A stretch of 64,000 bases of DNA from assembly GCA_038237645.1 (NCBI GenBank), contig JBBRYN010000001.1, positions 55,899-119,898 of the forward strand, given 5' to 3'. Below the pieces are notes generated by a model. It searched no databases and was not told the origin of the DNA. It saw only the letters and a list, made by a program, of their open reading frames with translations. Source of the stretch: Mycobacteriales bacterium (GTDB lineage: Bacteria > Actinomycetota > Actinomycetes > Mycobacteriales > QHCA01). Every line of letters begins with the position of its first letter. Position 1 is the first letter of the stretch. Made by a program: the position numbers and the translations under genes. Of this stretch, positions 11,179 through 20,488 are shown in pieces.

Positions 11179-13008
11179 CTAGCCGACGAGCCTGACGGTG
11201 CTGCCCTTCGGTGCTTGTTCCCCGCCGCCCGGTGTCTGTGACTGCACCCGGTCGCCGAAGAGGATCGGGAAAACCTGCACGTCGAATCCGGCGTGCTTCA
11301 ACACGCGCCGGGCGGCAGGGATCTTCATCCCGACCACATCTGGGACGTCGACGAGCGGGGGGCCGTCGGACACCGTGAGCGTCACGATCGAGCCTGGTGC
11401 CGCCTCCCCGCGGGACGGGTTCTGGGAGATCACGGCGTCCTTGGGAACCGTCTCGTTGTAGGTGCGTTTGATCTGAACCTCGAAGCCGAGCGTGACCAGC
11501 TGGGCCTCGGCATCTCCCACGTCATCGCCGATCAGGTTGGGCACGATAACCGGTGGCGGACCTGTGCTGACCGTGAGGATCACGGTTGTGGCAGGGCGGA
11601 CCAGCTGTCCCGCCCGGAGGGACTGGGAGATGACCTGCCCCGTGGGCACCGTGTCGTCGTGGCGTGTCGTGACTTGTGGAGTCAGCTTGGCGGCCCGCAG
11701 CTTGGCCTCTGCTGCCCGCCGCTCCTCGCCGCGGACGTCCGGCACCGCATGGCGTTCCTTGCCGCGCGACAGGACGAGGGTGATCGTGCCGCCCTTGCGG
11801 ATCCGGTGGGAGCTGGCGGGACTCTGGGAGATCACCGATCCGGTCGGCACAATCTCGCTGTAGGCCCTCGATCCGACGGCGGTCCGCAGCCCGGACTTCA
11901 CGGCCGTAGCCTGCGCCTGGGCGCTGGTCAATCCGACCAGCAGAGGTGCGACCGTATAGCGCCCGGTGCCGAGCCACCATCCGGTGCCCGCCATCAACGC
12001 TCCCAGCAATATGATCGCCACGACGGCGATCGGCATCCGCCGCGAGCGAGGTGGCCAGTCGTCCACCGGCACGTGCTGGGCGGGTCCCTGCAGGGGCACG
12101 GCGACAGTGGCGCTGGCTGGCGCTCCCGTGCGAGCTCCGGCCGGTAGGGCGACCGTGTGCAGCCCGAGGTCGTCGCGCACGTCACGCAACTCGGCGAGGA
12201 ACGCTCCCGCGTCGACCGGCCGCGCGCCGGGGTCGCGTCGGGTCGCGCGCACCACGAGAGCGTCGAGGGCGGGCGGGACGGCGACCCGCGTGGAGGGTGG
12301 CGGGACATCCTCGTGCACATGCCGGTAGGCCACGGAGACAGCGCTCTCGCCGGTGTACGGAACGCTGCCGGTCAGCATCTCGAAGAGCAGGACCCCGGCG
12401 GCGTAGACGTCCGTCCGCTCGTCGGCGGCGCCGCGGGCGACCTGCTCCGGAGCTACGTAAGCGGCCGTCCCGATGAGAACCCCGGCGGTGGAGGTGTGGG
12501 TGGCAGCTTCCACGGCCCGGGCAAGGCCGAAATCTGCGACCTTGACCGAGCCGTCGTCGCCGAGCAGCACGTTTTCCGGTTTGACGTCGCGGTGCACCAG
12601 CCCCGCCCGGTGAGCGGCGGCGAGCGCCACGAGCACCGGCCCGAGCACGGAGACGGCCTGTGCGGGGGAGAGCCTGCCCCGCTCGTGCAGCAGGTCACGC
12701 AGGTTGCGACCCGGCACGAGCTCCATCACGAGGAATGCCAGGCCGTCATGCGAGCCCTGGTCGAAGACACTGACGACGTGCCCGGAGCTCAGCCGCGCCG
12801 CCGCCTTGGCCTCTGCGGTGAAGCGAGCCAGGAACTGCGTGTCCTCGGCCAGTCCGGGGTGCATGACCTTGACAGCGACCACCCGGTCGAGGCGCTTGTC
12901 AAGGGCGCGGTAGACCGTCGCCATCCCGCCCCGGGCGATCCGCGCGTCGATCCGGTATCGCCCCTCGAGTAGCTTGCCGACGAGGGGGTCGGCCAGCGTC
13001 GTGTCCAC
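11179..13008 (-). CDS. Transmembrane Ser/Thr protein kinase with four extracellular PASTA domains (PknB-type architecture)
   Basis: Kinase motifs are VAVKVM, HRDVKPENVLL, VADFGLA and YVAPEQ. There is one TM segment (IAVVAIILLGALMAGTGWWL), followed by four repeats of about 65 aa each ending in ...TLxxSxG. Confidence 0.92.
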   Translation of the reverse strand: MDTTLADPLVGKLLEGRYRIDARIARGGMATVYRALDKRLDRVVAVKVMHPGLAEDTQFLARFTAEAKAAARLSSGHVVSVFDQGSHDGLAFLVMELVPGRNLRDLLHERGRLSPAQAVSVLGPVLVALAAAHRAGLVHRDVKPENVLLGDDGSVKVADFGLARAVEAATHTSTAGVLIGTAAYVAPEQVARGAADERTDVYAAGVLLFEMLTGSVPYTGESAVSVAYRHVHEDVPPPSTRVAVPPALDALVVRATRRDPGARPVDAGAFLAELRDVRDDLGLHTVALPAGARTGAPASATVAVPLQGPAQHVPVDDWPPRSRRMPIAVVAIILLGALMAGTGWWLGTGRYTVAPLLVGLTSAQAQATAVKSGLRTAVGSRAYSEIVPTGSVISQSPASSHRIRKGGTITLVLSRGKERHAVPDVRGEERRAAEAKLRAAKLTPQVTTRHDDTVPTGQVISQSLRAGQLVRPATTVILTVSTGPPPVIVPNLIGDDVGDAEAQLVTLGFEVQIKRTYNETVPKDAVISQNPSRGEAAPGSIVTLTVSDGPPLVDVPDVVGMKIPAARRVLKHAGFDVQVFPILFGDRVQSQTPGGGEQAPKGSTVRLVG

Positions 13009-13051
13009 GGCGAACAGTCTACGTACGGCCGGCCCTGCATACGCTGTGCCA

Positions 13052-14611
13052 ATGACCCGAGTCGCGCTGGTGTCCGATCTGCCCGCGGCGAGCGCGGTGG
13101 CCGATTACCTCCGCCGATGCGGATTGGCTGTCGACGACCGGGTGGCCGGAGCCGACGCCCTCGTCGTGTTGGCCGAGCACCCCGATCCTGCCCTGCTCGA
13201 CCTGGCGGGAGCCGGCCTGCCCACGATGCTGGCCGGGCCGACCGTCCACTCCTGGCGGCTGTCGACCGGGATCGACCAAGCGCTCGGACTGCTGCCCGGG
13301 CGCCTGACGCCGGCACACGAGGTCCGGCTGCGGCCGGGGATGGCCGCGGGCACGCTCGCCGACCGCCTGGACGACGGCGCCGTGCTGCTCAACGACCGGG
13401 TGCTCACCGTCGACAAGGTCAGCGACGACACGGCGGTGCTCCTGACGGCCAGCGTGGGCTTTGCCGAGCAGCCGATCGCAACTCTGCGTGGCTCGATAGT
13501 CACGCTGACGCTGGGCTGGACGCCGCAGACCCTCACCGACCCGACCTACTGCCGGCTGGTGCACCGGCTCCTGCGCTTGGTGCTCGGCCATACCGACCGG
13601 TCTCCGGTGGGCGTCGGGCTGTTGGGCTACGGGGCCATCGGGACCGAACACACCACTGCCGTCACGGCCGTCGCCGGGCTGGAGCTTGCCGCGGTCTGCG
13701 ACGGTAACCCACTGCGGTTGGACGCGGCACGGACGGCGAGCCCGCAGGCTCGCGCCTATTCCGCTGCCGAGGACCTGCTCGCTGACCCTGGCGTCGGCCT
13801 GGTGGTCGTGTCGACACCGCCCAACACCCACGCCGACTGGGCGTTGCGCGCCCTCGACGCGGGCAAGTCCGTCGTCGTGGAGAAACCCTTCTGCCTGACC
13901 GTCGCCGAGGCCGACGCTCTGATCGGGGCTGCCGCCGAAGCGAACCTGACGCTGGCGGTCTACCAGAACCGGCGGTGGGACGCTGACTTCCTGGCCCTCA
14001 AGCGGGCCTGGCGCTCCGGAATGCTCGGCGAAGTATTCCACTACGAGTCCTTCGTCGGCGGCTACGGCCATCCCTGCAACTTCTGGCACTCCCACGAGCC
14101 CGTCTCCGGCGGCGCGATCTACGACTGGGGCTCGCACTACCTCGACTGGGCGCTCGACCTGCTGCCGCAAGCGGTCGAGTGGGTGTCCGCCACGGCGCAC
14201 AAGCGGGTGTGGCACGACGTCACCAACGCCGACCACACCCGATTGCTCATCCACTTCGCCGACGGGGTCGAAGCCGAATTCACCCATTCCGACCTCGCGG
14301 CAGCGGCCAAGCCGAAGTGGTATGTGCTCGGCACCCGCGGGGCACTCGTCGGCTCCTGGCGCAGCGATCAGGCGGTGCCGGCCGACCACCCCGCGGTGCT
14401 CGACGCATATGCCGCCGACGGGTCGGTCACCCGGCTAGCGGTGCCACCGAGCCCGCGGCATGCCTTCCACCGCGAGCTCGCCGACCACCTGCTCGCCGGA
14501 GCGCCGATGTCGGTGACGCCGCTCGGATCGCGGCGCAACGTGGCGGTCATGGAGGCCGCCACCAGATCGGTTCGGCACGGCGGTCGACCCGAGTCGCTGC
14601 CCGGCTCATGA
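13052..14611 (+). CDS. Gfo/Idh/MocA-family oxidoreductase with an N-terminal ThuA-like extra domain
   Basis: The C-terminal two thirds show GVGLLGYGAIGTEH...VVVSTPPNTHADWALRALDAGKSVVVEKP (Rossmann fold and EKP motif). ATG at 13052 lies inside the track ORF. The assignment of the N-terminal ~190 aa is tentative. Confidence 0.7.
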   Translation: MTRVALVSDLPAASAVADYLRRCGLAVDDRVAGADALVVLAEHPDPALLDLAGAGLPTMLAGPTVHSWRLSTGIDQALGLLPGRLTPAHEVRLRPGMAAGTLADRLDDGAVLLNDRVLTVDKVSDDTAVLLTASVGFAEQPIATLRGSIVTLTLGWTPQTLTDPTYCRLVHRLLRLVLGHTDRSPVGVGLLGYGAIGTEHTTAVTAVAGLELAAVCDGNPLRLDAARTASPQARAYSAAEDLLADPGVGLVVVSTPPNTHADWALRALDAGKSVVVEKPFCLTVAEADALIGAAAEANLTLAVYQNRRWDADFLALKRAWRSGMLGEVFHYESFVGGYGHPCNFWHSHEPVSGGAIYDWGSHYLDWALDLLPQAVEWVSATAHKRVWHDVTNADHTRLLIHFADGVEAEFTHSDLAAAAKPKWYVLGTRGALVGSWRSDQAVPADHPAVLDAYAADGSVTRLAVPPSPRHAFHRELADHLLAGAPMSVTPLGSRRNVAVMEAATRSVRHGGRPESLPGS

Positions 14612-15585
14612 TCCGCTGGGGTTTCCTCGGCGCCGGCAACATCGCCCGGACGGCGCTGGCCCCCGCCGTCCACGCTGCCTCAGGCGCCGTGCTGCAGGCT
14701 GCCGCAGCGCGGGATCCCGATCGGGCCGCGGCACTCGAGCCGGCCGGTGCGGCATATTCCTCGTACGACGACCTGCTGGCCGACCAGGACGTCGATGCCG
14801 TCTACATCTCCCTTTCCAACGATGCCCACCTGCCCTGGACGCTGCGGGCGGTGGCCGCGGGCAAGGCGGTGCTCTGCGAGAAGCCACTTGGCCTGTCCGC
14901 GGCGGAGGTCGACGAGATCGCGGCCGCGGGCGGCACCGTGGTCGAGGCGTCGTGGTATCGCTGGCATCCGCGGGTCCGGCTGGCCCAGCAACTGCTGGCC
15001 GAGGCAGCGATCGGGTCTGTTCGCCATGTCTGCGCCGGGTTCACCTTCAGCGGGGTGGCGGCAGACAACTACCGGCTCGACCCACGGCGGGGGGGTGGCG
15101 CGGCATACGACGTCGGCTGCTACGCGGTCTCGGCGGCACTGTGGGCCTTCGCTGGCCGGCCGCCGCAGGAGGTCGTGGCCAGCGCCCGCTGGTCGCAGAC
15201 CCGTGTCGACCTGTCGATGGAACTGGCGGTGAGCTGGCCCGACGGAGGCACCGCCGAGATCCGCGCCGCAATCGAGGAGCCCGAACGTCAGTGGCTCGCG
15301 TTTGCCGGCGACGACGGCGAGATCGAGCTTCCCGGTCAGCCGTACACCAGCATGGCGGGCCAGGACACCGAGCTGAGCGTCTCCGATGGCCGTGACACCC
15401 GGCGGCTGACCGTGGCAGGAGCCAATGCCTATCAGTTGATGGTCGAGGAGGTGTCGTCGGTGCTCGAAGGTGGCCCCGGTTGGCTGCTGCCGCTGGCCGA
15501 GTCGCGGGGCTGCGCCGCCGTGCTCGACGCCGGCTTCACCAGCGCCCGGGCGGGCGGCGCGCCGACCGCCGTCGTCAGCCCTTGA
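14608..15585 (+). CDS. Gfo/Idh/MocA-family oxidoreductase
   Basis: MIRWGFLGAGNIARTALAPAV...YISLSNDAHLPWTLRAVAAGKAVLCEKP. ATG at 14608 overlaps the upstream stop (ATGA). Confidence 0.8.
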   Translation: MIRWGFLGAGNIARTALAPAVHAASGAVLQAAAARDPDRAAALEPAGAAYSSYDDLLADQDVDAVYISLSNDAHLPWTLRAVAAGKAVLCEKPLGLSAAEVDEIAAAGGTVVEASWYRWHPRVRLAQQLLAEAAIGSVRHVCAGFTFSGVAADNYRLDPRRGGGAAYDVGCYAVSAALWAFAGRPPQEVVASARWSQTRVDLSMELAVSWPDGGTAEIRAAIEEPERQWLAFAGDDGEIELPGQPYTSMAGQDTELSVSDGRDTRRLTVAGANAYQLMVEEVSSVLEGGPGWLLPLAESRGCAAVLDAGFTSARAGGAPTAVVSP

Positions 15586-16831
15586 CGACAGTAGCCGGCG
15601 CAGGCGTGCCCTGCCCGTTTGCCAGCGCCTTGGTGTTCTTCAGCGCGTCCAGGATCGCCATGCCCTGGGCCACAAGGCCGGCGGCCACCTGATTCACCCC
15701 GTCCGTCCCGTTGAGGATGGTCAGGTTGGACTTGGCGATGCCGGCGGCCGCGGCTTCGACGAGTTGCGGCAGGACCTCGACCAGGTGTGCCGCGGCGATC
15801 AACTCCTGGTTGCCGTCCTCGAGCGACTTCGCCCGGGCGGAGTTCGCCTGCGCCTCGGCCTCGGCCATGACCCGCTCGGCGTAGGCGCTGCCGTCCGCTC
15901 GGGCCTTCTCGGCCTCGGCCTCCGCGGTGGCAACCGTGGTCTTGTGGTAGGCCTCGGCCTCCGCCTCGAACTTCGCCTGGTCGCGCTGCGACTCGGCCAG
16001 GGTCCGCTGCTTGTAGGCCTGGGCGTCGGCCGGCCGGCGAACGTCGGCTTCCAGGCGCTGTGCTGCCAGGTCGGCCTGCAGCCGGGCCAGCGCCGTCTGC
16101 TGCTCGATCACCTCTTGGGAGGCCCGTGCCTCCGCCAGCGGACCGGCCTGGCTCGCTCTCGCCTTGGCCTGCTCCGTCTCGGCGTGGAAACCGGCCCGCT
16201 TGATCTCCGTGTCCCGCTCGTACTCGGCCTTGAGCGCGTATGCCTGCATCTCCTTCTGTGCGGCCTCCTGGTCGGCCCTTGCCGCCGCGATCCGAGCCTG
16301 ACTTGCCACGGCGGCGGCGTGCGGCGCTGCCAGGTTGTTTATGTAGCCGGACGCGTCCTCGATCTCCTGGATCTGCAAGGCGTCGACCACCATGCCCAGC
16401 TTCTCCATCTCTGCGTGGCTGCCGTCCTTGACCTCCTGGGCAACCCGATCGCGTTCCCGGATGAGCTGTTCGACCGTGAGCGCACCCACGATGGAGCGGA
16501 GGTGGCCGGCGAAGACCCGGCCCACCAGTTCTTCGATCCGATCCTGTTCGGAGAGGAACCGGCGGGCCGCGTTGGCGATGGACACCGGATCGTCACCGAC
16601 CTTGAACACCGTCACTGCCCGGACCCTGAGCCGGATGCCCTGCTGGGTGACGCAGTCCTCCACGATCTCCGCCTCGCGCAGCGCCAGCGACAGCACCCGG
16701 GCCTTCTGCTTGACCGGCAGCACGAAGCTGCCGTGGCCGGTGACGATCCGGAACTGGGTGTCGAGGGACCGGCCCTTGGACCCGGAGATGAGCAGTGCCT
16801 CGTTGGGCGCGGGAACGTGCCAGAAGAACAT
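15575..16831 (-). CDS. Flotillin / SPFH (band 7) domain protein
   Basis: MFFWHVPAPNEALLISGSK...RVLSLALREAEI... is followed by a long Ala/Glu-rich coiled region (AEAEAYHKTTVATAEAEAEKARA). The internal ATG at 16831 was chosen over the track start at 16900. Confidence 0.85.
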   Translation of the reverse strand: MFFWHVPAPNEALLISGSKGRSLDTQFRIVTGHGSFVLPVKQKARVLSLALREAEIVEDCVTQQGIRLRVRAVTVFKVGDDPVSIANAARRFLSEQDRIEELVGRVFAGHLRSIVGALTVEQLIRERDRVAQEVKDGSHAEMEKLGMVVDALQIQEIEDASGYINNLAAPHAAAVASQARIAAARADQEAAQKEMQAYALKAEYERDTEIKRAGFHAETEQAKARASQAGPLAEARASQEVIEQQTALARLQADLAAQRLEADVRRPADAQAYKQRTLAESQRDQAKFEAEAEAYHKTTVATAEAEAEKARADGSAYAERVMAEAEAQANSARAKSLEDGNQELIAAAHLVEVLPQLVEAAAAGIAKSNLTILNGTDGVNQVAAGLVAQGMAILDALKNTKALANGQGTPAPATVVKG

Positions 16832-16857
16832 CGAAGACTCCAGTCGCGGCGGACGGC

Positions 16858-17070
16858 TCACGGGAAGGGTGCGACGATAACGGATCGGGGGGAGGGGCAT
16901 TCGACGACGATGACGACGGTGTGCTTGCGGATGGGCGCTTCGGCCCAGGCGGCGAACGATTCGGTGGCGCCGCGCACCGGAAGGAGCACCTCGCCCAGGC
17001 CGCCGGCCGGGATCGGGACCGTCACGCGCCCGATCGCCCCGATCAGGCTCTGCCCGGCACTGCTTGTCAC
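16858..17070 (-). CDS. NfeD-like small OB-fold protein (flotillin partner)
   Basis: 70-aa ORF with GRVTVPIPAGGLGEVLLPVRGATESFAAWAE...HTVVIVVE. It lies 26 nt upstream of the flotillin gene, the usual NfeD-flotillin pairing. Confidence 0.6.
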   Translation of the reverse strand: MTSSAGQSLIGAIGRVTVPIPAGGLGEVLLPVRGATESFAAWAEAPIRKHTVVIVVECPSPRSVIVAPFP

Positions 17071-17124
17071 CTTCGGAGTCTAGGCCCCGCCGTACGACGC
17101 CCCGGAGCGTGGCAGGCTGGGTGG

Positions 17125-17463
17125 GTGACGGACAACCAGAACGAGTGGCTGCCGCTGCCGGTCGTCGCGGAGCGCCTCGGCATCGAAGTGAACAGGGTCC
17201 ACCAACTGCTGCGCGACGGCTGGCTGCTCGCCCATCGGGTCGACGGGGTGCTGCGGATCCCGGCCGACTTCATCAGGGGCGGGGCAGTGGTCAAGGGCCT
17301 GCCGGGCACCATCACCGTGCTGCGTGACGCCGGCTACGACGACGAGGACGCCCTGAGCTGGCTGCTTCGCGCCGATGACTCGCTGCCCGGCACGCCGGCG
17401 CAGGCGCTGGCGGAGAATCGCGGCACCGAGGTCAAGCGGCGGGCGCAGGCGGCAGCGTTCTAG
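17125..17463 (+). CDS. Rv2175c-like winged-HTH DNA-binding protein
   Basis: VTDNQNEWLPLPVVAERLGIEVNRVHQLLRDGWLLAHRVDGVLRIPADFI...LPGTITVLRDAGYDDEDALSWLL. GTG at 17125 lies inside track ORF 16795-17463. Only 2 nt separate its stop from the crtYc start. Confidence 0.7.
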   Translation: MTDNQNEWLPLPVVAERLGIEVNRVHQLLRDGWLLAHRVDGVLRIPADFIRGGAVVKGLPGTITVLRDAGYDDEDALSWLLRADDSLPGTPAQALAENRGTEVKRRAQAAAF

Positions 17464-17465
17464 CC

Positions 17466-17795
17466 GTGCCGGCTCGGTCGGTCTACCTGTTGGTCCTGCT
17501 CGGCTGCATCGTGGTCACGCTCCCGCTCGAGGTCTTTCTCGGCGTGCGCGTCTACCGGCGCTGGCGCCGGCTGCTGCTCGCCGTGCTGCCCACCGTCGCG
17601 GTGTTCCTGGCCTGGGACATCACAGCGGTCGCCGTCGGGCACTGGCACTACGACCGTGACCAGCTGACCGGCCTGACCTTGCCCGGTCGGCTTCCGGTGG
17701 AGGAGTTGCTGTTTTTCGTCGTCGTGCCGACCTGCGCGATTCTCGGCTTCGAGGCGGTCCGCGCCGTCCGCCGGTGGCCGGCCGGAGACGAGTGA
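17466..17795 (+). CDS. crtYc: Lycopene cyclase domain protein, heterodimeric subunit
   Basis: 109-aa hydrophobic protein with about 3 TM segments and LPVEELLFFVVVP (PxE(E/D) motif of CrtYc/Yd-type cyclases). Confidence 0.8.
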   Translation: MPARSVYLLVLLGCIVVTLPLEVFLGVRVYRRWRRLLLAVLPTVAVFLAWDITAVAVGHWHYDRDQLTGLTLPGRLPVEELLFFVVVPTCAILGFEAVRAVRRWPAGDE

Positions 17796-18121
17796 GCTAC
17801 ACCACCGCCGCGGTGCTCGGGGTCCTCGGCGCGGCGGCCGTCGACCTCGTGATGCTGCGGACCAGGCTGCTGACCCGCAGGCTGTTCTGGACCGCGTACG
17901 CGATCATCGTGTCCTGCCAACTGCCGGTGAACGGCATCCTCACCGGCCGAGGGATCGTGCGCTACGACCGGCACGCGATCCTCGGCCTGCGGATCGCCAA
18001 CGCCCCGGTGGAGGATTTGCTGTTCGGCTTCGCGATGGTGCTGCTGACCCTGTCGACCTGGGTGTGGCTGGGCCGACGCGGGATCAGTGCGACCCCTGCC
18101 GGACCGCGAACGCCGAGATGA
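17792..18121 (+). CDS. crtYd: Lycopene cyclase domain protein, second subunit
   Basis: VSYTTAAVLGVLGAAAVDLV...APVEDLLFGFAMVLL. GTG at 17792 overlaps the crtYc stop (GTGA at 17792-17795). Confidence 0.8.
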   Translation: MSYTTAAVLGVLGAAAVDLVMLRTRLLTRRLFWTAYAIIVSCQLPVNGILTGRGIVRYDRHAILGLRIANAPVEDLLFGFAMVLLTLSTWVWLGRRGISATPAGPRTPR

Positions 18122-18998
18122 GGCGGGGGAGCACCACCTGCGCGCGCTGCCGGCGCCCAACCGAGACCCGGCGGTCCAGCACCTGGTAACCGCAGTCCTC
18201 GACCCGGTCGAGGATGCTGCCATAGAGGGCGAACGCGGTCGCGATGCAGTCGCGGGAGGCAGGATGCAGCAGCCGGATTCCCGGCTGGGCGCTGCGGTAG
18301 ATCTCGCGGGCGCGGGCGATCTGATGGGCCAGCAGCCGGCGGACCCGCCCGTCGACCACGCCGCGGGCGAGATGCTGCCGGTCGACGCCGAAGAGCCGGA
18401 GGTCTTCCGTCGGCAGGTAGACCCGACCCCGGCGCAGATCCTCGCCGACGTCGCGGATGAAGTTGGTCAACTGGAAGGCGATCCCCAGGTCGGCGGCGTA
18501 GGGCTCGACGACCGAGCGCGGCAGGCCCGGGTGCTCCAACACCGGCAGCATCTGCAGGCCGATGACGGCGGCCGAGCCGTATACGTAGGTCATCAGGTCC
18601 GGGAACGTGTCGTAGTCGCTGACGGTCAGGTCGAGCCGCATCGAGGTGAGGAACGCCTCGAAGTACGGCAGCGGGATGTCCCACCGGCCGATCGTGTCGA
18701 AGACCGCGGGCAGGACGCCGTCGTCGCCGCGGCCGGACAGGAACCGCTGGCTCCAGCGGCCCAGGTGCTCCGCCTTCTGTTCGTCGGTCAGCGTCGACGC
18801 CAGGTCGTCGACGATCTCGTCGGCGTATCGCGCGAAGCCGTACAGCGCGTGCACGTAGGGACGCTTGTGCGCCGGCAGCAGCAGCGTCGCCAGGTAGTAG
18901 GTCTTGCCGTGCGAGGCGTTGAGTCGCCGGCACGTTTCGTACGACGCCCGCAGGCTGGGCGCGCTGATGCCGGCAGCGTCGAGTTCGCGGCCGCTCAC
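18084..18998 (-). CDS. crtB: Phytoene synthase
   Basis: HGKTYYLATLLLP, YGFARYADEIVDD, YVYGSAAVIGLQMLP, NFIRDVGEDLRRGRVYLP. GTG at 18998 overlaps the upstream gene stop (GTGA). The 575-aa track ORF is a wrong-frame extension over the upstream gene. Confidence 0.92.
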   Translation of the reverse strand: MSGRELDAAGISAPSLRASYETCRRLNASHGKTYYLATLLLPAHKRPYVHALYGFARYADEIVDDLASTLTDEQKAEHLGRWSQRFLSGRGDDGVLPAVFDTIGRWDIPLPYFEAFLTSMRLDLTVSDYDTFPDLMTYVYGSAAVIGLQMLPVLEHPGLPRSVVEPYAADLGIAFQLTNFIRDVGEDLRRGRVYLPTEDLRLFGVDRQHLARGVVDGRVRRLLAHQIARAREIYRSAQPGIRLLHPASRDCIATAFALYGSILDRVEDCGYQVLDRRVSVGRRQRAQVVLPRLISAFAVRQGSH

Positions 18999-20476
18999 CC
19001 CGGGACCTGTGCTGCCGGCCGCTCGCGGCGCAGCCTGCGCACCCCGACGACGGCCAAGTAATAGACGAGGCCGACCAGCACGATCACGTCGACAGCCACG
19101 CCCGCCGGCTGGGTGGCCCGCGCCAGGTTGTAGCCGTCCGGCAGCACCAGGAAGCAGAGGGCAGCACTGGTCGTCACTATCATCGTTCGCGCTCGACCCG
19201 TGATGCCGGCCGCCGCGAGCACCGCGACTGCCCAGGTCACGTACCACGGGTGCACCGCCGGACCGAGCGCCACGACCGCGAGCAGCGCCCAGCCACAGCC
19301 CTCGACGGCCGGCCGGATCCCACCCAGCCGGGCGGCCCGGATCCACAGCCACCCGCAGATGACGGCCATCACCGCGAATCCGATCCCCCGGGTGACCGCC
19401 AGCGCGGTGGGCGAGCCGCCCAGCAGGAGGCCGAGACCGGTCGGCAGAGACGTCCACTGCTTGCTGATCCCGACGGTGTGGACCGTGCCCACCCAGCCGT
19501 AGCCCAGCCCGCTCACCGCCGTGACGACGACGAAGGTCGCGCCGGCGACGAGAATGGTGGCGGCGACTGCCTGGGCCAAGGGCTGCCGGCGGCCCGGCAG
19601 CCGCTGCATCCACAGCAGCGCGACGAACGGCAGCGCCACCGCCGCGGTGGCCTTGACCGCCACTGCCAGGGCGCAGCGGACAGCGCCGGCCGCCGGTCGC
19701 CGGCCGGCGGCCATGGCGAGGCCCGCCACCATCAGCCCGACCATCAGTGCGTCGGCGTGGGCGCCCCCGACGAAGTGCGTGAGCACGAGTGGGTTGACCA
19801 GCCCCAGCCACAGGGCGTCCCGCTCGTCGGCGCCGCAGGCCCGGGCCGCCCGTGGCAGCGCCCAGGCCAGCAGCACCGTGCCGGCGATGGCGAGCACCCG
19901 CATCCCGGCCACCGCCAGGGCAAGGGAGTCACCGGAGCCGGCCACGACGAGGCGGGCCAGCCCCAGGAAGAGCGGTCCGTAGGCGAACGGCACGTGCAGC
20001 CAGGAGGTCGACGTCGACGGGACCCAAGGAGAGGCGAGGTCGGCGGCGCCGTGGGAGTAGGGATTGAGCCCGGCCCGCAGCATCTGCCCGGCCACGGCGT
20101 AGCCGTACACGTCACGGCTCAGGACGGGCGGGACGAAGATCAGCGGCAGTGCCCACAGCGCGGCCGTCGTGCACAGCCAGCGGGGGGTCAGCCGGTCGAG
20201 CAGGCGGCGGAGCAGCAGCCAGGCGACCACCAGCAGTGCCATGCCGACGATCGACACGGCGATGCACAGGATCCGGCCCACGCCGCCGCGCAGCGTGGCG
20301 AGGATGACCGTGTCGCGCAGGGGATCCGGTCGCGGGAGGACACCGGCGCCCAGCGCCCCGAGCGCCAGCAGGACGGCGCCTCCGGTCCCCAGCAGCCGTA
20401 CGCGGGTCGGGCTGCCCTGAATGCGCACCGGCTCATGCTGCCACGCCGGTCTCCGGCGGGCGGCGATCACACCCAT
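18995..20476 (-). CDS. Polytopic GT-C (GT87/DUF2029-like) polyprenol-phosphate-mannose-dependent mannosyltransferase, MptA/MptB-like
   Basis: 493-aa protein with about 12 hydrophobic segments. It has an early loop motif (SRDVYGYAVAGQMLRAGLNPY) typical of this family, and occupies the position of mptA (Rv2174) next to idsA2 in M. tuberculosis. Confidence 0.65.
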   Translation of the reverse strand: MGVIAARRRPAWQHEPVRIQGSPTRVRLLGTGGAVLLALGALGAGVLPRPDPLRDTVILATLRGGVGRILCIAVSIVGMALLVVAWLLLRRLLDRLTPRWLCTTAALWALPLIFVPPVLSRDVYGYAVAGQMLRAGLNPYSHGAADLASPWVPSTSTSWLHVPFAYGPLFLGLARLVVAGSGDSLALAVAGMRVLAIAGTVLLAWALPRAARACGADERDALWLGLVNPLVLTHFVGGAHADALMVGLMVAGLAMAAGRRPAAGAVRCALAVAVKATAAVALPFVALLWMQRLPGRRQPLAQAVAATILVAGATFVVVTAVSGLGYGWVGTVHTVGISKQWTSLPTGLGLLLGGSPTALAVTRGIGFAVMAVICGWLWIRAARLGGIRPAVEGCGWALLAVVALGPAVHPWYVTWAVAVLAAAGITGRARTMIVTTSAALCFLVLPDGYNLARATQPAGVAVDVIVLVGLVYYLAVVGVRRLRRERPAAQVPG

Positions 20477-20488
20477 GCGGGCCGGCGG

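Noticed and set aside
18999-19811. The 575-aa form of crtB, and similarly the 680-aa form of the GT2 gene (31746-32678) and the 997-aa form of TgpA (45744-46319).
   Set aside because: The extra N-terminal parts overlap the upstream gene in another frame and are Arg-rich nonsense. Each real start is a GTG forming a GTGA overlap with the upstream stop.
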